Shown here in pieces: positions 29,158-37,351 of a stretch of 47,288 nt of DNA. The notes under the pieces are model-generated. The model searched no databases and was not told where the DNA came from. It worked only from the letters and a program-made list of their open reading frames with translations. The stretch comes from Nanobdellota archaeon. GTDB lineage: Archaea; Nanobdellota; Nanobdellia; Woesearchaeales; JAHJEM01. The stretch spans positions 1 to 47,288 of the forward strand of contig JAHJEM010000070.1 in assembly GCA_018825425.1 (NCBI GenBank), read 5' to 3'. The translations under genes and the position numbers were made by a program. Every line of letters begins with the position of its first letter. The stretch's first letter is position 1.

Positions 29158-30762
29158 GTGGTTATGCATCGCCTTGAACATAGGATCCTTCTTATATTCA
29201 AGAAAGAGCCGAATAAAGAGTTTTCAACCACTGAAATAGTCAAATCCGTCTTCTCAAAAGAATATGAAGAAATTCGCTATCAGCTTTTGAGCACACAATC
29301 TGACAATGAGACTAAAAGAACTGCCCAGCGCAAAAAGGCAGAATTGCACCGTCGGATTCTATATCATCTGAACAAGCTAGTAAATGATGAGATTCTTGCA
29401 GTGTCTAGAATGAAAGAAAGGGGAGAGAAGCTCTTCCAACTTGGTTTTGAATCTGGAGATTATGTGATAGAGAGAAGAAAACGAAAAGTCATGATATCTA
29501 AGCCCAAAGTTCCTTCGGTCCCAATAGAGACCTATGAGGAAGAAGGGATTGCTAAGAGATTTGACAAGCATACCTGGATTTCCAGGATGAATTCCATAAT
29601 CATTCAAGGTGATAAGTTCAATGATTTAACATCACTTTATACTCTTCTTACAAAGGTTTTTTCCTATGTGAATGACTGTGCAGGCATAAACCAGTTTGAA
29701 ATCCTGCTTCAGAAACAGAATTTTGAGGATATCACTAATTTTATCAATAAAGTCAATATAGATACCCAAGATTTTAATAAGGAAGTGAGTCTTGTTATCG
29801 ATTTTGCAAATGTCAATGATTCAATACGACTCACAGAATTTTTATATTTCTACTGTCATCTGAACCCACAAAAGATTCATCTCATACTGAAGACAGATCC
29901 AAAAGGTATGCAAAAGCACAGAAAAACCTTTGAAACAGCAATCAAACTGTACTCAACAGCTAAAAGAAAGATCAACATCCACAATAACATGGTCCATCAT
30001 GCACCTTATCTAGTGGGTCGTGCAGGAGTGTACACTTTTGAGGATCCTGAATGGGAGAGTTTCAGAAAGCAAAGACCTGATGTGCTGTTTTGTGTTTGTG
30101 GTCAGATATCTGTTATAATAGATGTCCACAGATTCTTTAAACAGTATAATTCTGCGCATGATTTCAGAACATTGGTAATGAAATGTGCTAAGACCTTAAT
30201 GATTGCCAACAGGATTCAGCGACTTAATTCAAACAACTATTTTCTAGATCTTAACAAAGCGGCAGAACCTAGGCCTGAAGATCTTTATCTGCTTGGAAAA
30301 AATTACATCCGTTTATGGAACTACAACTTGGAAGACCCAAGGCAGAAAGAATTGTTCGAGTTGTTACAAAGTTGCAAGCGAAACGTTGATATTTTCTGCA
30401 GGACAGAAGAGACTATCTACAAGAGTTGCGGTATACCTATAAGATTTAGGATTGTACTAAGTAGTGGTTTTAGCAAACACCAAAACCAGGGTTTGAGTCA
30501 AAGAAGATACTTGAAAAGAACCATAAGAAGTATAAAAGATTTTGATGATGAAGAGATAAGTAGAGGATTAGAAGAAAGAGAAAGTTTGCTTTCAACATTC
30601 AGTAAAGCGGATCGTGTCAGATTTTTTAGGGCAGGAGAAGTCAAAGCACCTCGTATAGTCAGTGAATTCATGATGCTTATGAATACTTTTGAACTTCCAT
30701 TCTTCTGCTATGATTTTGCAGAAAGAAAAGGAGAGCTCACGTTGGATCAATTTTTTCCGTAA
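29158..30762 (+). CDS. Uncharacterised protein with N-terminal wHTH and C-terminal PIP-box-like motif (ATG at 29164)
   Basis: EFSTTEIV...RRILYHLNKLV...L...GEKLF wHTH pattern; ends ELTLDQFFP. Confidence 0.7.
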   Translation: MVMHRLEHRILLIFKKEPNKEFSTTEIVKSVFSKEYEEIRYQLLSTQSDNETKRTAQRKKAELHRRILYHLNKLVNDEILAVSRMKERGEKLFQLGFESGDYVIERRKRKVMISKPKVPSVPIETYEEEGIAKRFDKHTWISRMNSIIIQGDKFNDLTSLYTLLTKVFSYVNDCAGINQFEILLQKQNFEDITNFINKVNIDTQDFNKEVSLVIDFANVNDSIRLTEFLYFYCHLNPQKIHLILKTDPKGMQKHRKTFETAIKLYSTAKRKINIHNNMVHHAPYLVGRAGVYTFEDPEWESFRKQRPDVLFCVCGQISVIIDVHRFFKQYNSAHDFRTLVMKCAKTLMIANRIQRLNSNNYFLDLNKAAEPRPEDLYLLGKNYIRLWNYNLEDPRQKELFELLQSCKRNVDIFCRTEETIYKSCGIPIRFRIVLSSGFSKHQNQGLSQRRYLKRTIRSIKDFDDEEISRGLEERESLLSTFSKADRVRFFRAGEVKAPRIVSEFMMLMNTFELPFFCYDFAERKGELTLDQFFP

Positions 30763-30765
30763 AAA

Positions 30766-31443
30766 ATGGATATCATAAACACCACAACATTCGGAGCATG
30801 GAAGGCTGGACTTAAGGCCATTACAGATCAAGGAAGAGAGTATCTTGACGAAGATGATAAAAGATCATGTGTGGAGCTCACCAATTTTATTGTGACTATC
30901 GAAAATCCATCTGAAGATATTCTTAAGCCAATAGAGTATCTGAATGAATTGAATCTCTGGGTATATCCTCCTATAGACGAATTGACTAGTGTAATTCTAA
31001 CTAAAAGAAAAATACCAACCATCCAGTATACGTATGGATCGCGATTATTTAATTTCCAAAGGAGTATTAATCAGATCCATGATTATGTTATTCCTAAACT
31101 GAAGTCAGATCCTGCATCAAGAAGAGCAATAGCTATGCTCTATGATCCTACCCAAGACTCCAAACTCCATCATAAAGAAATTCCTAGCTTGATTTTCTTA
31201 TTTTTCCAGATACGAGATGAGAAACTGCATGTGACAGGATGCGTGCGAAGCAATGATTTTTTTGTTGGATGGCCAACAAATGTGTTTCAGGTATTCAAGC
31301 TGCAAGAATTGGTAGCCAAGGAATTAGACTTGAAAATCGGGTCATTATCCACGATGAGCAATTCAGCCCATGTTTATAAGGAATATGCAGAATCAATCAA
31401 GAAACTGGTTAATGATAAAATGCCTTTGAATAGTCTTCCCTGA
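30766..31443 (+). CDS. Thymidylate synthase-fold protein, catalytic Cys replaced by Ser
   Basis: YTYGSRL, SRRA, IPSL (normally PC), RSND, GWPTN, SAHVY. Confidence 0.85.
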   Translation: MDIINTTTFGAWKAGLKAITDQGREYLDEDDKRSCVELTNFIVTIENPSEDILKPIEYLNELNLWVYPPIDELTSVILTKRKIPTIQYTYGSRLFNFQRSINQIHDYVIPKLKSDPASRRAIAMLYDPTQDSKLHHKEIPSLIFLFFQIRDEKLHVTGCVRSNDFFVGWPTNVFQVFKLQELVAKELDLKIGSLSTMSNSAHVYKEYAESIKKLVNDKMPLNSLP

Positions 31444-31571
31444 AAGACTCAAAAATAGTTCTATATACTTGTTATATATAAATGCCAAGCATATACCTTA
31501 TATACCTTATATTTTATAGTGGTATTTTTCTATCGAAAATTATATAAACATACCACTGTCGAGTCTGCAGT

Positions 31572-31778
31572 ATGGCTAAAGACGAAGATATGGACACTGA
31601 TGAGGTCTACAACGGAGAAGGAAGGGAAGAGATGATGAGGAATGACGAGATTAGCCCTGAAGAAGAAGCATTTATGAAGGGTTATGACGAAGACATGGAT
31701 GAAGAGGAAGCCGACTCCGGTGACTTGGCATACGAAGAGTCCTTTGCTGAGAAAACAAAGAAACCAAAGCGTAAGTAA
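31572..31778 (+). CDS. Small acidic hypothetical protein
   Basis: 68 aa with DEISPEEEAFMKGY; upstream TATA at 31540. Confidence 0.7.
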   Translation: MAKDEDMDTDEVYNGEGREEMMRNDEISPEEEAFMKGYDEDMDEEEADSGDLAYEESFAEKTKKPKRK

Positions 31779-31916
31779 TTAAATATTACGACGTAATATC
31801 TTTTTCTATAGGTGTACCCGTCTTGTTCTGATTTGACAATATCTGTCTCAATCACACAAAAGCTTAAATAATCATATATCCAAAAAGAGAATTAATTCAT
31901 ATGTGAGGTGTGAAAT

Positions 31917-32144
31917 ATGGGAAATGTTGGATTTGACAATGCAAGAGTAAATACTGCTACCGTTGTGCAGAGTGGAGATTTTAAGGACTACATTTTGATG
32001 CAGATATCCAAGCATGGAAAACAAGATATGATGGTGCTTGTTGACAAGGAGTCCATTCAATCCTTTATGGACCAACATGGAGATGGGGACAATGCCCTGG
32101 AGAATTGGGTCAAGAGCAAGAAGCTCACTTTAGTATTTAGTTAA
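31917..32144 (+). CDS. Small hypothetical protein
   Basis: SD GAGGTG; 75-aa ORF; T-run after stop. Confidence 0.65.
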   Translation: MGNVGFDNARVNTATVVQSGDFKDYILMQISKHGKQDMMVLVDKESIQSFMDQHGDGDNALENWVKSKKLTLVFS

Positions 32145-32154
32145 TCTTTTTTTT

Positions 32155-32865
32155 TTATTTCTTTGCACTTTTCCACATGTAATCAAAGTAGCTTCTATAA
32201 GCTTGCGCTGCAGCCTTGTTCTCAATGATTATTCCTTCAGGTTCATCTGTCCAGATGATGATGGCAATTTTGTCCCCGTAAATATTGGTCACAGCTGGGC
32301 TTTCCTTGATATCAGGTAAGTGCCTGTACTCTGTGTTTTTAGTATCACTCTCACGTCTTCCTTTTCGAATCAACATATTGGTATTGATGCTGTTCTCTTG
32401 TTTCATACGATCGAATTGGAGGGCAAAATCAGGCATTCTTTCACTAAATTGTCCTTCAGAACCAAAAGTGAAATTTGGCTTACCTGTCTTTATCATGTCG
32501 AGAAGTATGGTCTTGATTCCTCTTGCACCTTTGAAGAGTCGTACTTGGCCCTCTACCCTTCCGACTTTGTGTCTTGCCTGGAGTTCAGGAAGAATTGCTT
32601 TTACATCCTCTTCTTGTTCCCGTAAATATTCCAAGAGTCGTCTTGGCCCACTGGCCTGGAACCATTTGACATTACCAATCAATGCATATGAAACTAATCC
32701 CTTCTCCTGTAATGATTTCAATGCATTGTAGCAAGAGCTCCTATCGATTTTCGCAATCTTTGATATCTGTCCTGCTTTCTTGGATCCATGATCATTCAAG
32801 GTAAGATATACTTTTATCTCGTTCTGGGTAAATCCGAGCTTTTCCAATACTTTTTGAGTGTCCAT
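32155..32865 (-). CDS. TrmB family transcriptional regulator
   Basis: LGFTQNEIKVYLTL...RSSCYNALKSLQEKGLV; IYGDKIAI...IIENK.AAQAYRSYFDYMW. Confidence 0.9.
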   Translation of the reverse strand: MDTQKVLEKLGFTQNEIKVYLTLNDHGSKKAGQISKIAKIDRSSCYNALKSLQEKGLVSYALIGNVKWFQASGPRRLLEYLREQEEDVKAILPELQARHKVGRVEGQVRLFKGARGIKTILLDMIKTGKPNFTFGSEGQFSERMPDFALQFDRMKQENSINTNMLIRKGRRESDTKNTEYRHLPDIKESPAVTNIYGDKIAIIIWTDEPEGIIIENKAAAQAYRSYFDYMWKSAKK

Positions 32866-32903
32866 TCTGTAGATGCAAATTCAACAACTATTTATATATT
32901 ATT

Positions 32904-32923
32904 GTTGTAGAGTGTTCTACAAC
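32904..32923. promoter_or_regulatory. Palindromic operator candidate
   Basis: GTTGTAGA-GTGT-TCTACAAC next to TATA TTTATATA (32891) between divergent genes. Confidence 0.5.
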
Positions 32924-32959
32924 GAGGGTTGATATATTGTCTTGATTCTTCTATAGAAA

Positions 32960-33187
32960 ATGAGTCAAGAAATGGAAGAAGCAATCGATTCAATAATCGC
33001 CGAATGTGCAAAACGACTAGAATATGATTTTCTGAACAGAGACATTTTTCTTAATGGAGATCGTGCAGAGGATAGATTGGCATTACTTAGGCGCGTGCAA
33101 GCATATCGAAGCGAACAAGTGCATACAGATACATCGCCTTGGTATTCGTCGGGAGAAACAATTCCTCTCTGGTATGAACACGGTTAA
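32960..33187 (+). CDS. Small hypothetical protein
   Basis: 75-aa ORF filling the gap, divergent from trmB. Confidence 0.5.
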   Translation: MSQEMEEAIDSIIAECAKRLEYDFLNRDIFLNGDRAEDRLALLRRVQAYRSEQVHTDTSPWYSSGETIPLWYEHG

Positions 33188-33303
33188 CTGTACTTTGTCA
33201 GAAACAAAGTTTCGCTCATATCGAGGTTCGACTTGAGCGTAATTCTGATATGATTTGAGAGTGGTGATAAACCTTTTTATGTATAGTTGTAAAAAAGGCT
33301 AGT

Positions 33304-34254
33304 ATGATACAGATTGTGGAATATAATCCAGGTGAAGACAACCTATTTGAGTCGAGTCTGGATAAGATGGGATTTGAGAATCTCAAGCTTATTACCTGTA
33401 TCCATCCATCTCCACAAGATTTCAAACAGCTCTCAGAGCAACTCAAGCTACCTAGCACGACATTGCATCAGGCAGCAGATGATCATGAGAGGCCAAGAAT
33501 TTATGATATGGACAATTATACCCAGATGATATTCAAGTCGCCTTCAAAAAAGAACGAGAAGTTGAGGGTGTATAGCTTTGCAGTCTTTCTCTCTGAGAAT
33601 CTTCTTCTGATTTTATCACGACATGATATTCAGGGGCTCCATGAATTGGTGTCTCTTGATCCTGAGGTGCTCAAGCCATATTTTCGGCAAGGGACCACAA
33701 ATTTGCTCTATGAGCTGCTAGAAAAAGTCATGGATGATTACTTCAAGTATCATGAGGATCTTGGAAACAGTATCAATTACATTGAGGACCAGATGGTTGA
33801 TAGTTCCAAACCAAAGAATCTTCACGGAGTGTTTAAGCTCAAGACTTCATTGATCTACTTCAACAAAGCATTATCTGTCAATAGGGATGTTATTATTGCC
33901 CTGGAAAAGGGATTGGCAAAACACGCAAATCCAGAAATCATTCCCAAATTTAGGTTGGTTTACAATGATATTCTTCAGCTAATAGATGTGACTGGAACAG
34001 ATAGAGAGATAGTTACAGGAGCAATTGAGATATATATGACTTCTGTATCGAATAGCCTGAACATCTCCATGAAAAAGATGTCTGCATGGGCATCACTTAT
34101 ATTGTTGCCGACATTTATCACAGGTCTGTATGGTATGAACTTCAGATTCATGCCAGAAATAATGTGGAAGTATGGTTATGTCTGGTCACTTGGATTAATG
34201 GTTCTCTCTGTAGTTGGACTGTATCTGATTTTCAAGAAGAATAAGTATTTGTGA
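33304..34254 (+). CDS. corA: CorA family Mg/Co transporter
   Basis: ERPRI, PTFITGLYGMNF..MPE, two C-terminal TMs. Confidence 0.93.
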   Translation: MIQIVEYNPGEDNLFESSLDKMGFENLKLITCIHPSPQDFKQLSEQLKLPSTTLHQAADDHERPRIYDMDNYTQMIFKSPSKKNEKLRVYSFAVFLSENLLLILSRHDIQGLHELVSLDPEVLKPYFRQGTTNLLYELLEKVMDDYFKYHEDLGNSINYIEDQMVDSSKPKNLHGVFKLKTSLIYFNKALSVNRDVIIALEKGLAKHANPEIIPKFRLVYNDILQLIDVTGTDREIVTGAIEIYMTSVSNSLNISMKKMSAWASLILLPTFITGLYGMNFRFMPEIMWKYGYVWSLGLMVLSVVGLYLIFKKNKYL

Positions 34255-34270
34255 TACTCTTTAGTTATTC

Positions 34271-35368
34271 TCAGCGTATATGCAACTCAACTATATCTTT
34301 GTCCTTAAACGCATGCTTCAAGGTTGTCAGTCTCTGTCCTGGGAATTTTGCGCTTGGGCCCCATATCCTTACAAACTTGAACTTGTCTACAAAATCGCGG
34401 TGGAGCTTGTTGCAAAGATCATAGGTTGTACTGTCCCTGAACATGATCATGGGTTCTTTCATGTCTGCAGGTTTTCTTGGTTCTTTCATGTATAATCTTA
34501 TGAAATTCAATTTCTCAAAGATAAGTTCTCTAAGCTCATCGAGATGATCAGCATTCTTGGCACTGATAGAAATATCAATAGGAATTTTACTCTTGATCTT
34601 GTCTGCTTCTTCTTTTGAGATCATGTCAATCTTGTTGAGCACAGTGATTGCAGGCAGGTATTTTTTGTTGTCTTCTATGCAATCAATAAGTTGATCGTCT
34701 GTTATAGTCTCGCGAATTAAGACATTTGCATTATTGATTCGGAAGGTCTTAAGTATGGTCTTAATCGTCTCATCATCAAGCATTGGAAGTCTGCAGGTCT
34801 TTCCAATATTGATTCCGTCTTTTGCAGTCTTTGTGATTCGAACATGTGGTCTGTGCTCGTTCAGACGGATTCCTGATTCATTTACTTCTTTCATCAATGT
34901 ATCATACTGTCCAGGAGATGAAGCATCGATTATTACTAGCGCCAGATCTGCATTTCTCATAACTGCCAAGACCTCTTTTCCTCTTCCTCTTCCAGAAGCC
35001 GCACCCCTTACTACTCCTGGGACATCAAGCACTTGTATCTTGGCAAACTTGTATTCCATGAGTCCAGGAATACATTTAAGCGTGGTAAAATCATATGCGC
35101 CTATCTCGCTGTTAGCATTTGTAATTGCGTTCAAGAGTGTGCTCTTTCCTACACTTGGAAAACCGAGAAGCAGAACAGTTCCATCTCCTGTTTTACGGAC
35201 AGCATATCCTTCAGTCTTGCCCTTACCTTTTCCCCTTGATTCTTCCTTCTCTTTGAGTTTAGCAAGTTGAGCTTTGTACAGGCCAATAGCGTGCTGTGTA
35301 CTCTTATTATATTTTGTATTACTAATAAGGTTCTCAAGCTCCTTAATCTTGTCTTCATAGCTAGGCAT
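34271..35368 (-). CDS. DRG/OBG family GTPase with TGS domain
   Basis: GFPSVGKS, YDFTT, DVPG, GRGRG, NKID, WGPSAKFPGQ. Confidence 0.95.
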   Translation of the reverse strand: MPSYEDKIKELENLISNTKYNKSTQHAIGLYKAQLAKLKEKEESRGKGKGKTEGYAVRKTGDGTVLLLGFPSVGKSTLLNAITNANSEIGAYDFTTLKCIPGLMEYKFAKIQVLDVPGVVRGAASGRGRGKEVLAVMRNADLALVIIDASSPGQYDTLMKEVNESGIRLNEHRPHVRITKTAKDGINIGKTCRLPMLDDETIKTILKTFRINNANVLIRETITDDQLIDCIEDNKKYLPAITVLNKIDMISKEEADKIKSKIPIDISISAKNADHLDELRELIFEKLNFIRLYMKEPRKPADMKEPMIMFRDSTTYDLCNKLHRDFVDKFKFVRIWGPSAKFPGQRLTTLKHAFKDKDIVELHIR

Positions 35369-35453
35369 ACATACAACAAAATCGCGCGGTTTTTTAAATT
35401 TGCTTCTTTAAAACCAAAAATGTTAATAAACTCATTCCAAAATAGTAGATATT

Positions 35454-35660
35454 ATGATAAAAGACACAAGCTATATGGAAAAAGCAAGGGCTGCGTATTC
35501 TATCCTTGACTATATTATACGTAATGATTTCAGTGAGATGCTAGGCACTCCCCATGCAGAGAAGTACAAGAGTGTTCGGGAAAGAATTGCGCAGGCAAAA
35601 CAGGATCTTCAAGACGCAGAAAATACGTTGGTGTGCCTTGAACAAGAATCTAGAGCATAA
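35454..35660 (+). CDS. Small hypothetical coiled-coil protein
   Basis: 68-aa helical ORF after a TATA-like element. Confidence 0.5.
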   Translation: MIKDTSYMEKARAAYSILDYIIRNDFSEMLGTPHAEKYKSVRERIAQAKQDLQDAENTLVCLEQESRA

Positions 35661-35776
35661 CAAACCTGGAGCAGAACAGAACTATATTACAGCGGATGAT
35701 TATTAGAATTTGCATAAGTCTGGTGTATGGATGTCCTACAGTAAAGTATATAATATAAGACAAATTCCCAATTCTC

Positions 35777-36037
35777 ATGTGGATTGAACCATTAGCAGCA
35801 AAACTCATTACATTGATTCTTATTGGGATATTTGTAATTATCATGTTTACAATATTCAAGAAGGTGCTAAAACTCATCCTCAACGCCATAATTGGCCTTG
35901 TAGCTTTGTTCGCGTTCAATGCAGTCTTTGGAACAGATGTTGCCGTCAACTTTTGGAGCGTGGTGATAACTGCACTTGGGGGTATTGTTGGATTCATTGT
36001 TGTTATTGTGCTGCATTTCTTAGGTGTTGCTTTCTAA
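35777..36037 (+). CDS. BofA-family small membrane protein
   Basis: LILNAIIGLVALFAFN...VNFW...ALGGIVG pattern. Confidence 0.75.
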   Translation: MWIEPLAAKLITLILIGIFVIIMFTIFKKVLKLILNAIIGLVALFAFNAVFGTDVAVNFWSVVITALGGIVGFIVVIVLHFLGVAF

Positions 36038-36243
36038 TTCGCGGGCACTGGTCATTTTCTAATAGGATAATTCAATGCGCAGATGTTCTGTAAGTGGGGT
36101 TTTACCTACTAAATAGCACTGGACATGTGCGCGCCGGGTTTATATACTCTTCAATCCCAATAACAATTATCCCCCTGCGAGGCAATGAGAATCCAAGTCC
36201 TGGATTTTCAGCCTCAACATGTGGGAAACCACGAGGTGAAAAA

Positions 36244-36360
36244 ATGACGACAGAATATATCGAAAGGATTTTTCAGGAAAAAATGATGGAAATGACTAGA
36301 AGGACAATTGCAGAATTTGACAAGCAATTTACAAAACCTGTTGCAGACAGGCTATTTTGA
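36244..36360 (+). CDS. 38-aa microprotein
   Basis: SD GAGGTGA 36233-36239, ATG 36244; MTTEYIERIFQEKMMEMTRRTIAEFDKQFTKPVADRLF. Confidence 0.6.
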   Translation: MTTEYIERIFQEKMMEMTRRTIAEFDKQFTKPVADRLF

Positions 36361-36369
36361 GGTGATAAT

Positions 36370-36489
36370 ATGATTGCAGTAAATGATACCCATTATGCCC
36401 AGCACATAGCACACACTTTGCAAGAACACGCTTGCATACTTCCTGATGAGGTAGCTGAAATAGTTGAATATATTACGTTCTCTTCGTAA
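36370..36489 (+). CDS. 39-aa His-rich microprotein (absent from ORF track)
   Basis: SD GAGGTGA overlapping the upstream stop; MIAVNDTHYAQHIAHTLQEHACILPDEVAEIVEYITFSS. Confidence 0.55.
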   Translation: MIAVNDTHYAQHIAHTLQEHACILPDEVAEIVEYITFSS

Positions 36490-36510
36490 ACTGTGTTTTC
36501 TAGCCCCACC

Positions 36511-36541
36511 GCAGCACTTAGGTGCTGCAGCTTTTTCTTTT
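36511..36541 (+). terminator. Hairpin plus T-tract terminator
   Basis: GCAGCAC-TTAG-GTGCTGC followed by CTTTTTCTTTT. Confidence 0.55.
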
Positions 36542-36660
36542 AAGTCTGAGAAGTGGTTTTTTTCATTGAATTCATGTATGCAGATGTATACATGTGTATG
36601 CAAGATAAGGGGTGGTTTTTGTATGAGATTCGTGAAATTGGGAGTAATATTAGCAATAAC

Positions 36661-36767
36661 TGCGCTAAAGCGCGGGCAGACCGGCCTTGCGGCCGGAACA
36701 GGGCTGATCCAAAGGATCAGTTGATTCCGAGCGATAGCTCGGCCCTGTCCACGCCTTTGGCGTGGCC
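36661..36767. repeat. GC-rich multi-hairpin element
   Basis: Five hairpins plus enclosing stem ACAGGGC/GCCCTGT. Confidence 0.65.
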
Positions 36768-36777
36768 ATTTTGATTT

Positions 36778-37266
36778 TCAATGCTTTTCCAGAAATTCGC
36801 TTATGTAAAGTGCAGTATCCGGACATAGTTCATTATGTTCTGCCATTTCCTGAAGTTCAACTCGAGATATCCATTTTCCCTGTTCACATTCCTGCTCATT
36901 GAGTTTAACTTCCACATTACTCTGGGCCATAAAGATCTTACCCATATATCTGATAATATCAGATTCATACTCAAAATCAAATAAGAACTTCACCTCTGCT
37001 TCAATACCACACTCCTCCATAAGCTCACGCTTTGCAGCATGTTCAAAGGATTCTCCTGCAATAACTGCTCCACCCGCACCAACTACCCATTTCAAAGGGC
37101 AGACCTTCTTGGTGCTCTTTCGTTGGTTGACATAGAATTTGCCAGCGTCATTTATGAGTACAACAACAACCATTTTATGCAACAAATTCTCTTCAACTAC
37201 TGCTTTTCGGGGAACAGTTCTAAGAACATTCATATCCTTGTCAATCTCTTCATTATATTCAATCAT
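36778..37266 (-). CDS. NUDIX hydrolase (IDI/YfcD-like)
   Basis: QRKSTK..CP.KW...AGG.V..GESFEHAAKRELMEECGI Nudix box. Confidence 0.88.
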   Translation of the reverse strand: MIEYNEEIDKDMNVLRTVPRKAVVEENLLHKMVVVVLINDAGKFYVNQRKSTKKVCPLKWVVGAGGAVIAGESFEHAAKRELMEECGIEAEVKFLFDFEYESDIIRYMGKIFMAQSNVEVKLNEQECEQGKWISRVELQEMAEHNELCPDTALYISEFLEKH

Positions 37267-37351
37267 ATTGCACAATAAAATGGGTCAGATTCTTTAATTT
37301 TGTCATAATTTCTGCATAACCTTTTTAAATGAGCACAGCATCTTCTCTCCT

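Noticed and set aside
36653..36767. Integron attC site after the NUDIX gene
   Set aside because: GCAATAAC resembles one core half, but there is no complementary partner box and no integrase in the window.
36094..36774. ORF-track calls 36094-36360 (long form), 36352-36603, 36464-36724 and 36553-36774
   Set aside because: They run through promoter, terminator or hairpin sequence without SD sites; the SD-supported short ORFs fit better.
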